A DNA stretch of 64,000 nucleotides from an uncultured Chloroflexia bacterium (GTDB lineage: Bacteria > Chloroflexota > Limnocylindria > Limnocylindrales > CSP1-4), in NCBI GenBank assembly GCA_963716375.1, contig OY970306.1:1890676-1954675 (forward strand), read 5' to 3'. The translations under genes and the position numbers were made by a program. Below the pieces are notes generated by a model. That model was not told where the DNA came from, searched no databases, and was given only the letters and a program-made list of their open reading frames with translations. Shown here piece by piece: positions 54,661-63,942 of the stretch (position 1 is the stretch's first letter; every line of letters begins with the position of its first letter).

Positions 54661-57021
54661 CTACTGGCGCGCCATGTGCGCCTTCAGCTCGGCTTCGGGA
54701 TCGTGGATCAGCTCGCCACTGACGTCCACCGTCACGGTGTCGATCGTGTCCGGTGAACCTGAACGGGCTCGCGTACTCGGGCGTCACCGGCGATCCCGGG
54801 ATTGAGACCGCAGGCGAGCGCGCCAGGGTTGAGCATGAACGGCGTCGTGTACGGGGGCTTCGGCGTTGGCGACGAGCTTCCCATCGACGTACAGCTGGAG
54901 CCGTCCGGGGAGCGCCCCGCCCATGGGGCATGTCGGGCTTGCCCGTCGGCTCGAACTCGAACCGGAGCTCATGCGCGCCGGGTGGCAGCCGGTCGCGGCG
55001 AGACACCGCTGAATCACCTGGCGCGCGACGTAGTTGTGGACGTAGTGCAGCCGGCCGTCCTTGACGTAGAGCGAGTAGCCGCCGCTTGCGGTGCCCTGAC
55101 AGAGGAGGACGCCTTCGGCGCCGCCCTCCGGGATCTCGACCGAGGCGGTGATGCTGTGCGGCCGGTTCTGAGAGACGCGGCGCGGCGAAGAACGGGATCG
55201 TCTGGGTGTCGGCCGATAGACGTACTGATCACGAGGTGCGGAGATGAGCGGCTTCTCGCCCATCATCCGCGCCAGGCCGCTGCCGTCGATCGGCATCACC
55301 CCGTACTTGCCGGCCTCGACGTACCACGTCCCGATGAGCTCGATGAGCTTGTCCCGATGCTGCGGCGGCCAGGTTGTGGTTCTCGGCGGGGTCCTCGTCG
55401 ATGTGATAGAGCTCCCAACCGGTGGCGTCGAGCTCGGAGAGCTTCGCGGCCGAGATCGGGTTGCCGAAGCCCGTGCCGGCCTCGGTGAACGATGGTCCGG
55501 GCCACGGGCAGACGGCTCGCCAGCCGTCCTTGTAGATCGCCCGGTGGCCGAGCATCTCGAAATACTGGGTGTGCGTGCCGCTCGGCAGCGCCGCGTCCGT
55601 GAGGGCCGCGGCGAAGCTGACGCCGTGGAGCGGCGCCTGGGTGACACCCCGGATCGACTTCGGGGCTTCGATGTCGAGCAGGTCGAGGACCGTCGGGACC
55701 ATGTCGATGATGTGGGCGTACTGCGAGCGGACCTCGCCGCGGGCCGTGATGCCCGGCCGGCCAGGACACGATGAACGGATCGGTCGAGCCGCCGCGGTAG
55801 GTCTCGCGCTTCCAGCGCCGGAATGGCGTGTTGCCGGCCCACGTCCAGCCCCACGGGTAGTGGTTGAAGTGGTTGGGCCCGCCGATCTCGTCGATGACGC
55901 GCAGGCTGTCTTCGAGCGGCTCCTGGGCGTTGTTGAAGAACTGGGCCTCGTTCGTCGTGCCGGTCGGGCCGCCCTCGGCGCTGGCGCCGTTGTCGGAGAT
56001 GACCATGACGATCGTGTTGTCCAGGATGCCCTGCTCGCGCAGGTAGTCGAGCAGCCGGCCGAGATGGTGATCGGTGTGGCTGAGAAAGCCCGCGAAGACC
56101 TCCATCATCCGGCTGAACAGCCGGCGCGCGGGTTCGGGCAGCGTGTCCCAATCGGGCACGTCGGGATCGTGTCGTGAGAGCTCGGCGTCGGCGGGCACGA
56201 CGCCCAGCTCCTTCTGGCGGGCGAAGACCTTCTCGCGATAGGCGTCCCAGCCATCGTCGAACTGGCCCTTGTATCGGTCCGCCCATTCCTGCGGCACGTG
56301 GTGCGGGGCATGCGTCGCGCCGAAGCAGAGGTTCAGGTAGAACGGCTTGTCGGGATCGATCTGCCGGAAATCGGTGATGAACTCGACGGCCTTGTCGACC
56401 AGGTCTTCGGTGAGGTGGTAGCCCTGCTCCGGGGTGCGCGGCGCCTCGACCTGATGGTTGTCGTAGACGAGATCCGGGTACCACTGGCTCGTATCGCCAC
56501 CGAGGAAGCCGTAGAAGCGCTCGAAGCCACGACCCAGTGGCCAGCGGTCGTACGGCCCGGCCGCGGTCTCCTGGTTGCTCGGCGTCAGGTGCCATTTGCC
56601 GACCTGGAACGTGTTGTAGCCGTGCCCGAGGAGCATCTCGGAGAGGATGCCGTTCTCGAAGGGCATCACGCCGTTGTAGCCCGGGTAGCCGGTGGCGAGC
56701 TCCGTGATCGCGGCCATGCCATTGCTGTGATGGTTGCGCCCGCTGACGATGCAGGAGCGGCTCGGCGAGCAGAGCGCCGTCGTGTGCATATTGCTGAAAC
56801 GGAGGCCGCTGGCGGCCAGCGCATCGAACGTGCGGCGTGGCGATCGGACTGCCATAGCAGCCGAGCTGCCCGAAGCCCGTGTCGTCCAGGACGACGAACA
56901 GCACGTTCGGGGCGCCGTTCCGGGCCCTCGCCGGGGCCGGCCAGGCCGGCGTGGATTCATCGGCCGTGCGGCCGATCACGCCGGGAAACGGCGCGCCGGC
57001 CGGGTATTCGACGATGGGCAT
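54661..57021 (-). pseudogene. arylsulfatase (alkaline-phosphatase superfamily) gene, heavily frameshifted
   Basis: Sulfatase blocks are scattered over all three minus frames. In order: NVLFVVLDDTGFGQLGCYGS, then TALCSPSRSCIVSGRNHH...GKWHL...DNGAS. Next MVPTVLDLLDIE...YFEMLGHRAIYKDGWRAV...LYHIDEDPAENHNLA, then KLIELIGTWYVEAGKYGV...GGYSLYVKDGRLHYVHNY, then LSPGAHELRFEFEPTG, then LQLYVDGKLVA, then SPVTPEYASPFRFTG, and finally IDTVTVDVSGELIHDPEAELKAHMARQ-stop. Confidence 0.85.
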
Positions 57022-57203
57022 GACCGTATCCCCCTATCGTGTTGAAGTCGCCGGGTCGACCGCGATGGGGTTCCAGGCGTGGCGGTTCATGCCACGACCG
57101 GCTGGACGCCTCCGTCGATCCCGGATCGCCATCCACCATAGCCCAGGGAAGCCGGCGGCTGCTGGACGACGCGACAGCAGGATGTTCGGGCCCAATTTCG
57201 GCG

Positions 57204-57233
57204 TTGACAGGCGGGCGGGCAGTTGCGTAGACT
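57204..57233 (+). promoter_or_regulatory. sigma-70-like promoter (TTGACA - 18 nt - TAGACT)
   Basis: Read directly: TTGACA at 57204-57209 and TAGACT at 57228-57233. Confidence 0.45.
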
Positions 57234-57259
57234 GCGGCCTCGGCGCCCGCCCGGTCGCC

Positions 57260-57373
57260 ATGTCCAGCTCAATGGAGGCGGTACTCCAGATGGCAAACCT
57301 CTCGTTCACCCGACGCACGCTGGCGCCCATCGGGGCTGCCACGGTCGGGAGATCTGTGCCCATCTCGAGCTAG
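57260..57373 (+). CDS. 37-codon mini-ORF with Tat-signal-like sequence (leader peptide or gene remnant)
   Basis: MSSSMEAVLQMANLSFTRRTLAPIGAATVGRSVPISS-stop. Internal ATGs at 57272 and 57290. GGAGG lies 11 nt before the third ATG. Confidence 0.3.
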   Translation: MSSSMEAVLQMANLSFTRRTLAPIGAATVGRSVPISS

Positions 57374-57407
57374 CCACGCGGCGGTCGCACCGCCAGACGA
57401 GCCACCC

Positions 57408-57440
57408 GAGCCGTGGGCCAGATGGGCCCCCGGCTTTTTT
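57408..57440 (+). terminator. intrinsic terminator-like hairpin 1
   Basis: GAGCCGUGGGCC-AGAUG-GGCCCCCGGC followed by UUUUUU (one U/C mismatch in the stem). Confidence 0.6.
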
Positions 57441-57469
57441 GATGCTCTGCAGGATCCAGGAGCATCGAC

Positions 57470-57526
57470 GAGCCGTGAGGCCCACCGACACTCAGAGTCG
57501 TTGGGGCCCACGGCTCGATTGGTTTT
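57470..57526 (+). terminator. terminator-like hairpin 2 (near-duplicate arms of hairpin 1)
   Basis: GAGCCGUGAGGCCC ... GGGGCCCACGGCUC (13 bp with a 1-nt bulge, loop of about 20 nt) followed by GAUUGGUUUUCGG. Confidence 0.45.
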
Positions 57527-57571
57527 CGGGGCCTGCATCGTCAAGACAACCACCACCGACAGGAGCTTCAC

Positions 57572-58495
57572 GTGACCGCCACGCTCACGCCGCAACCGGG
57601 GCTTCCCGGGCCCGAGGCCGGGCTGCTCGGCGAGACCGCCATGGACGCTCCCTGGACCCTCGAGGTCGGGGAGCCGCCGGCCGCGGTCCCCGCCATGCTC
57701 ATCGACAACGTCACCAAGCGATTCAACGTCGGCCGCAAGCGACCGCCCGTCCTGGCCATCTCTCACGTCTCGCTGCGCCTCGAGCGCGGCGCGATCCTGG
57801 GAATCCTCGGCGCCAACGGCAGCGGCAAATCGACGCTCATCCGCCTCATCTGCGGCCTGCTCACGCTCGACGAGGGTCGGGTCGAGGTCTTCGGCCACGA
57901 CATCGTCCGCGAAGAGATGGCCGTCAAGCGATTGATCAACCGCGTCAGCGTTGACGCGGCGTTCTTCAAGAAGCTCTCGCCACTCGAGAACCTTTCGTTC
58001 GCGGCGCGGCTCTACGGCCTCGAGCCACACGGAGCCCGCGGTGAAGCGATCCGGATCCTCGGGCGGCTGGGCATCTCCGAGAAGCGAATCGGCCGGCCCA
58101 TCGAACAGATGAGCCGGGGGATGCAGCAGAAGGTCGCCATCGCGCGGGCCCTGCTGACGAGCCCGGCCCTGCTGCTCCTCGACGAGCCGACCACCGGTCT
58201 GGACCCGCGCTCGAAGCTCGACGTCCAGACCTTCATCGAAGAGCTGATCCAGGAACACGACGCGTCGATCGTCCTGACGACGCACGACCTCGCCGAGGCG
58301 GAACGCCTCTGCGATCACATCGCGATCCTCAACGACGGCCGGGTCGTCGCCGAAGCGACGCCCGCCGGCATGAAGGAACTCGTCGTCCAGCGCCACGGCG
58401 GCGCGGCGACCCTCGAGAACGCGTTCATGAGCTACACCGGCCGTTCGCTCGATGACGACATCGAGGAGAACGAGCGCCCCGATCCGTCGGATTGA
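57572..58495 (+). CDS. ABC transporter ATP-binding protein (ABC-2 exporter type)
   Basis: GTG after AGGAG. Walker A GANGSGKST, signature MSRGMQQKV, Walker B LLLLDEPTTGLD. Confidence 0.92.
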   Translation: MTATLTPQPGLPGPEAGLLGETAMDAPWTLEVGEPPAAVPAMLIDNVTKRFNVGRKRPPVLAISHVSLRLERGAILGILGANGSGKSTLIRLICGLLTLDEGRVEVFGHDIVREEMAVKRLINRVSVDAAFFKKLSPLENLSFAARLYGLEPHGARGEAIRILGRLGISEKRIGRPIEQMSRGMQQKVAIARALLTSPALLLLDEPTTGLDPRSKLDVQTFIEELIQEHDASIVLTTHDLAEAERLCDHIAILNDGRVVAEATPAGMKELVVQRHGGAATLENAFMSYTGRSLDDDIEENERPDPSD

Positions 58496-58553
58496 CGACG
58501 GCCCGGTCCATCAACCCTCACCCATGCACGCCACCCGAAAGGACGGGCATCAG

Positions 58554-58748
58554 ATGTTGAACAACGACATCGCCGTGATCCGCGCCGTCCACGCGGACCG
58601 GCTCTCACGCGACCTGGCCGCGGTCGAGGTCGCGCGAAAGAAGCGCGGCTCCGGCCGATCGATCCGGCGCTCCATCGGGCGACTGATGGTCCGCGCCGGA
58701 CACCGACTCGCCGCCGAGTCGCCACTCGAACTGGCCCGGACCCGATGA
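58554..58748 (+). CDS. 64-codon basic hypothetical ORF
   Basis: MLNNDIAVIRAVHADRLSRDLAAVEVARKKRGSGRSIRRSIGRLMVRAGHRLAAESPLELARTR. AAGGA upstream. No family recognised. Confidence 0.3.
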   Translation: MLNNDIAVIRAVHADRLSRDLAAVEVARKKRGSGRSIRRSIGRLMVRAGHRLAAESPLELARTR

Positions 58749-58860
58749 CCGGCGACGACGCACTGCGCCAGCGCCGACGGGTTCGACCAGCTCGTCCAGC
58801 CGCATCCTCCGGCGCCGGTCCGGGATCGACTCCCGATCCCGGCCGGCGCTCCCCCACCTC

Positions 58861-59679
58861 GTGGAGATTCCGATCGTGACCGTCCTCACCCGCGAAGTCC
58901 GCGCCAGCTACGCCTTCGTCGAACGCAACTTCTTCCTGACCCGCCGGTACTGGGGTTGGGAGGTCGCCTTTCTCGTCTACTCGGTCGCCGGCGCCCTGTC
59001 CGTCTCGCTGATCGGCGCCGACCAGGGCAGCACCACCCTGCTCCTGTCGCTGATGATCGGCGCCATCTTCTGGAACTACCTCTCGGTGGTCTTCAGCTGG
59101 ATCGCCGACACGATCGCCGTCGAACGCTGGGAAGGCACCCTCGAGTACACGATGATGGCGCCCGTCCGGCGAGCGACCCAGCTCCTCGGCTCGACGTTCT
59201 ACGCCGTGGTGTACGGCCTCGTCCACACGACCGTGATCCTGATCGTGATGGTGCTGTTCTTCCCGCAACTCGACCTGACCCGGGCCAACATGCCGACCGC
59301 GGCGCTCTTCATGGCCCTGGGCTCGTTCAGCTTCGTCGGGATCGGCATGGTCGCGGCGATCCTGCCGCTGCTGTACGTGGAGCGCGGCGCCCAGATGACG
59401 TTCGTCATCCAGTCCGTCCTGCTCCTGATCAGCGGCGTCTACTACTCGATCACCATCCTGCCGCCATGGATGCAGGTGCTCTCGCACCTGTCGCCGGCGA
59501 CCTACGTCCTCGATGGCGTCCGCGCGGCGATCATCGACGGCAAGCCCATCAACGAGCTCTGGTACGACATCTGGCCGCTGATCATCATGGGCATCGTGTT
59601 CATCCCACTCGGCCTGTGGGCCTTCGGTCGCGCCGAGCTCTACGCGAAGCGGACCGGCAAGCTGAAGCGGGTCGGGTGA
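58861..59679 (+). CDS. ABC-2 type transporter permease
   Basis: GTG start. 6 TM helices. ABC2_membrane-like sequence FVERNFFLTRRYWGWE...WMQVLSHLSPATY. Confidence 0.88.
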   Translation: MEIPIVTVLTREVRASYAFVERNFFLTRRYWGWEVAFLVYSVAGALSVSLIGADQGSTTLLLSLMIGAIFWNYLSVVFSWIADTIAVERWEGTLEYTMMAPVRRATQLLGSTFYAVVYGLVHTTVILIVMVLFFPQLDLTRANMPTAALFMALGSFSFVGIGMVAAILPLLYVERGAQMTFVIQSVLLLISGVYYSITILPPWMQVLSHLSPATYVLDGVRAAIIDGKPINELWYDIWPLIIMGIVFIPLGLWAFGRAELYAKRTGKLKRVG

Positions 59680-61017
59680 CGGCCGTGCCCGCCCTGGAAG
59701 CCCCCGAACCGGCTCCCGCCGTCATCGACCGAATGGTCAGCCTGGGTTGGACCGAGCCGGTGGCCGCCCTGTTTGCCGAGCACGCTGAGCTCGGTCGCGT
59801 CCCGGGCCGGGTCGTGGCGATCCATCGGGAAACCTCGATCGTGGCCACCCGGGACGGCGACCGAGTCGCGTCCGTCACCGGGCGGATCCGGTTCGAGGCA
59901 CTCACGCCCAGCGACTACCCGGCCGTCGGCGACTGGGTGGCCCTCGACCTGGCCCGAGCCAGCGCTCCGACGCTCGCGGCTGGATCGGCCTCGAGGTGTT
60001 CATCGCCAGACGCGCCGACCGATCCGGAGCGTGACGCATCCATCGGAGACTCATCGTCGCGGCCGGCGACCGACGACGCGGCCGCGGTGCTTGGGCGACG
60101 ATCCTGGCGGCGGCTCATCGCCCGGTCCGAAGGCCGGCGTCGCGGGCGGCACGACGGCCGCGGTCATCGCGGCCATCCTGCCCCGACAGACCTCGTTCCG
60201 GCGGAGCGGCGCCGATTCCGGTCGGAGCGCTGCCGCGCGGCTGGCCGCCGAACAGGTCATGGCCGCCAACGTCGACGTGGCGCTCCTCGTCGCGGGACTC
60301 GACAACGACTTCAACCCGCGTCGGATGGAACGCTATCTCGCGGTTGCCGCGGCCTGCCGGATCCCGGCAGTCGTGGTCCTCAACAAGCTCGACATCGCCC
60401 AGGACCTCGACGAGCGCCGCGCGGCGATCGCCGAGATCGCCCCCGATACCACGATCGTGGCGCTCAGCGCCCTGACCCATGAGCACCTGTCCGACCTGGC
60501 CGGCGTCCTGCTGCCGCGAACCACGGCCGTGATCCTCGGGTCGTCCGGGGTCGGCAAGTCAACGCTCGTCAACGCGCTCCTCGGCGAGGACCGCCAGGCC
60601 ACGGCTGCGGTCCGCGGTTCCGACGATCGCGGCCGCCACACGACGACGCACCGCGAATTGTTCGTGCTGCCGTCCGGGGCGCTCCTCATCGACACGCCCG
60701 GCATTCGCTCGCTGGAGGTCCTGGGCGCCGAAGCCGGCGTCGACGAGGTCTTCGACGACATCGACGAGCTAGCGAATCTCTGCCGCTTCAACGATTGCCG
60801 GCACACCGGCGAACCCGGCTGCGCCGTCCAGGCGGCGATCGACGATGGCCGGCTCAGCCCCGATCGACTCGCCAGCCAGCGCAAGCTCGAGCGCGAGCTC
60901 GCCCACGTCGCACGCATCACGGATCCGCGCGCCAGGGCCGAGGAGCAGCGGCGCTGGAAGCTCATCCACAAGTCCGTGAACCAGCACATGAGCCGCAAGT
61001 ACGGAGACGACCGATGA
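59676..61017 (+). pseudogene. rsgA: ribosome small-subunit-dependent GTPase A, interrupted by a frameshift
   Basis: The OB-fold part (GRVPGRVVAIHRETSIVATRDGDRVASVTGRIR...VGDWVALD) is in frame 0 from GTG 59676 (GTGA overlap with the permease stop). The GTPase and zinc-finger part is in frame 1 to 61017: ILPRQTSFRR, ANVDVALLV, VLNKLD, GSSGVGKSTL, DTPG, CRFNDCRHTGEPGC. The shift is probably near 60090-60110. Confidence 0.7.
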
Positions 61018-61107
61018 CCGAGACGGCGGCCGGCGGCCGCGAACCCACGGACTCGGCCCCGACCAGCGCCGAGCCGCCAACCGCCGGCCACGCTCGGCAC
61101 GACTCCG

Positions 61108-62109
61108 ATGCCCACGGATTCGCCGATTCCCGGAGCCCGCTACCGGCTCTTCGCCGGCCCGGCCGACTATCCGGGCATGGTTCGCGCCAACATGGCGGCT
61201 CGGCGGGCGGACGGCATCGTGGAGACGGTCACCGTCGAGGGCATGACCAACGACTACGCCAACCTGACCAACTCGGACCCCTACCGCGACGTGATCATCG
61301 CCGAGGTCGACGGTGAGATCGTTGGCTATGGCCGCGTCAACTGGGCGGACGACAACGAGGGTGGACGCTCCTACGTCTCGTTCTGCTTGTTCGAACCCGA
61401 CGCGCGTCGGCGTGGCCTGGGGCGACCGATGCTCCGCTGGCAGGAGGCCAGGCTCCGCCAGATCGCTGCCGGCCACGACACGGACCGGCCGAAGTTCCTG
61501 CACACGTTCGCCTACGACCGGGACGCGGGCGCGCATGCGCTCCTCCAGTCGGAGGGCTTCGAGGTCATCCGAATCGAGGCGGAGATGGTTCGCCCGGACC
61601 TCGAAGCGATTCCGGACGTCCCCGCGCCCGCCGGCATCGAGCTGCGGTTGGGCTGCCCCGAGGACGCACGCGCCGCCTGGGAAGCCAACGTCGAGATCTT
61701 CCGGGATCACTGGGGCACGCTCGACGAATCCGAGGAGAGCTATCGGCGAATCGTCGATGCGCCCTACTTCGACCCGAGCCAATGGGTCCTCGCATGGGCT
61801 GGCGAGGAGATCGCGGGCCTCGTGTTCACGTCGACCCACGCACCGTCCGAGACCGGCGCCGTCCTCGGCTACCTCGACTCCGTCGGTGTCCGGCGGCCAT
61901 GGCGGCAGATCGGCCTCGGCCGAGCCCTGGTCGCGGCCAGTCTTCGCCTCCTGCGCGACCGGGGCGCAACGATGGCCGGCCTCGGCGTCGACCTGCAGAA
62001 CGACAACCGGGCCAGCCACCTCTACGAGAGCGTGGGGTTCGCGATCGAGAGCACCTCGCGGAGCTACCGCAAGCCGCTCCTGCCGGGTCCGCCGCTCACT
62101 GGTCGTTGA
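61108..62109 (+). CDS. GNAT family N-acetyltransferase with two GNAT-like halves (MshD-like architecture)
   Basis: CoA-binding motifs RRRGLGRPML and RQIGLGRALV in the two halves. Confidence 0.8.
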   Translation: MPTDSPIPGARYRLFAGPADYPGMVRANMAARRADGIVETVTVEGMTNDYANLTNSDPYRDVIIAEVDGEIVGYGRVNWADDNEGGRSYVSFCLFEPDARRRGLGRPMLRWQEARLRQIAAGHDTDRPKFLHTFAYDRDAGAHALLQSEGFEVIRIEAEMVRPDLEAIPDVPAPAGIELRLGCPEDARAAWEANVEIFRDHWGTLDESEESYRRIVDAPYFDPSQWVLAWAGEEIAGLVFTSTHAPSETGAVLGYLDSVGVRRPWRQIGLGRALVAASLRLLRDRGATMAGLGVDLQNDNRASHLYESVGFAIESTSRSYRKPLLPGPPLTGR

Positions 62110-63942
62110 GCTGGAAGTCCACCTGCGAGCGCAGGTTGCCGAAGATCGCCCGGACGGCGCCGGTCGCCGCGTCGTAGGCCGTCAGCGAGGCCGGCTGATT
62201 CGTCTGGTGGCCTCCGGCGTCGCTGCCCTCCATGCCGGCCGCATAGACCAGGGTCCCATCCGGGCTGACCGCCAATGAGCTGAAGTCCGCCGTCGGCCGA
62301 AGATTCGCGTCGAAGCGCAGCGGGTCGGCGTCGAAGGTGAAGATTCCGGCAGAGCCACCGGCATCGGTGAGATCGGTCCCGGTCACGCCCAGGGCATACA
62401 AGCGCTTGCCGTCGGCCGAGAGCACGAGGCCCGGCGACAGATCGACCTTCGCCGCCGCGGCCGGGAGCGAGCCAGTTGCCGACGGCTCGGGCGACCTGGT
62501 CGAGCGAGGCCGCTCGGCGTCGCGGCCGTCGGCGCCGATGCCGTGACGCTCCCGATCAGCAGGCCGGTCGCGAGGTCGACGGCGACGAGCAACCGGGTGA
62601 AGGGATCCCAGGCGTACAGGCGACCTCGAGTCTGGTCGACCACCGGCCGCACGAGCAGACCGCCGGGCAGCGGCGACAGATCGGTGGTCGGCAACGCCGT
62701 CCCGTCGAGCGCATACCGATGGAGCGTCGGCGTGCTGTTGGCACACACAGTGAACCAGGTGTCGGCGGACGCAAAGCCGTCGGTCAGGGCGAAGCAGGTC
62801 GCCGGATCGTCGATGCCGGCTCCCGCCGAAGGCCACGCCCGCAGGTCGGCAGTCGTGCCGTCGGCGCCGATGTCGGCGAGGTGCCGCGTCAGTGTCGCCA
62901 CCCCGGTCGTCTCCACGACCGTGGTCCCGACGATCATCACGTGCCGGCCATCCGGGGCTACCGCGACGTGCGGCGCCCAGACCGTGATCGGCCCGCTCGG
63001 TCCGTTATCGGCGACGTCGGCCAGCGGAACGGCCTGGACCTGGTGCTGGGCGGTCACGTCGATCACGTCCACTCCGCTCGTCCAGGTCGGATCGTTCAGG
63101 ATGCTCCAGCCGACGTAGAGCCAATGGCCGTCGCCCGACAGGCTGGCCCACATGCTCACGCCGACCGGCGCGCTGGGCAGCTTCTGCGCGGTTCCGGGGC
63201 GCCGTGATCGTCGGCCCGGCGAACTGCGGAGACGGTTCGCGCCGTTCGCGGCGATGGTCCGGACCCAGAGGTCGATCCGATCGACAAGGCCGCCGCTCGA
63301 TCCGGTCTCCGTGGCCGACTGCATGCAGGCGCAGAGGTATTGGCCGTTCGCCAGCGGCCACAACTGGGACGACGGGTTGTACCGGGCGCCGAGCGGCTGG
63401 CTCATGGTGCCGTTTGCGAGATCGAGGAGGCGGTAGTCCGACAGGGCGCCGACCATCAGGGCCGGCTGTGACAGCGGGGCGCCGAAGACGGTCGCCAACG
63501 GCAATGGCGTCGCGCCACGGGTGGCGGGCTGGGCGTCGGAGTCGCGGCCGACGCGCCCGCGGCAAGTGTCGCGGCGGGCGAGCCCGACGGTGACGCGCCG
63601 GCAATGATCGCCGGATTGCGTGGCATCGTCAGCCAGACGGCGACGAGCGCCAGCACGACGGTCGCCACGACCGCCGTCGCAGCCGCTGCCGGCCAGGCGC
63701 CTCCCCCAGCCGGCCACGTCGAACCGCCGCTTCGTCGCTCTCCCGGCGACAAGGTCCCGCCACGTCGGTCGGCCGAGCTGCTGCGGCGGCATCGCCCACC
63801 TATCGGCAGCCGCCCGCACCAGCGCCCCGAGCTCGGCATCGTCGAGCGACGGTCGACCGGCCGCGCGGGCGGCCGGATCTCCGACCCTTGTTCGCGGGCC
63901 CGCCGGCGGTCGTGCCCGCGCCGGCCTGATCTCGTTCGGACA
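62096..63942 (-). pseudogene. membrane-anchored beta-propeller (YVTN/lactonase-like repeat) protein gene with several frameshifts
   Basis: ATG 63942 after AGAGGTG. N-terminus, TM helix (AAAATAVVATVVLALVAVWL), propeller blades (DGHWLYVG, APDGRHVMIVG, RGRLYAWD) and the C-terminal blades (SADGKRLYALGV, SPDGTLVYAAG) lie in different minus frames (ORFs 63456..63839, 62383..63819 and 62096..62836). Confidence 0.6.

Noticed and set aside
57240-57440. Small structured RNA gene (tmRNA, 6S, SRP) between promoter and U6 terminator
   Set aside because: There is no tRNA-like acceptor/T-arm or tag-ORF ending in a typical Ala-Ala motif, no SRP domain IV motif, and the length and shape do not fit 6S RNA. 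A leader/attenuator or gene remnant is more parsimonious.
61014-61107. ATG overlapping the rsgA stop (ATGA) as an N-terminal extension of the GNAT gene
   Set aside because: It is in a different frame from the GNAT domain, and its downstream translation becomes Arg/Gly-rich nonsense. The ATG at 61108 gives a sensible GNAT N-terminus.
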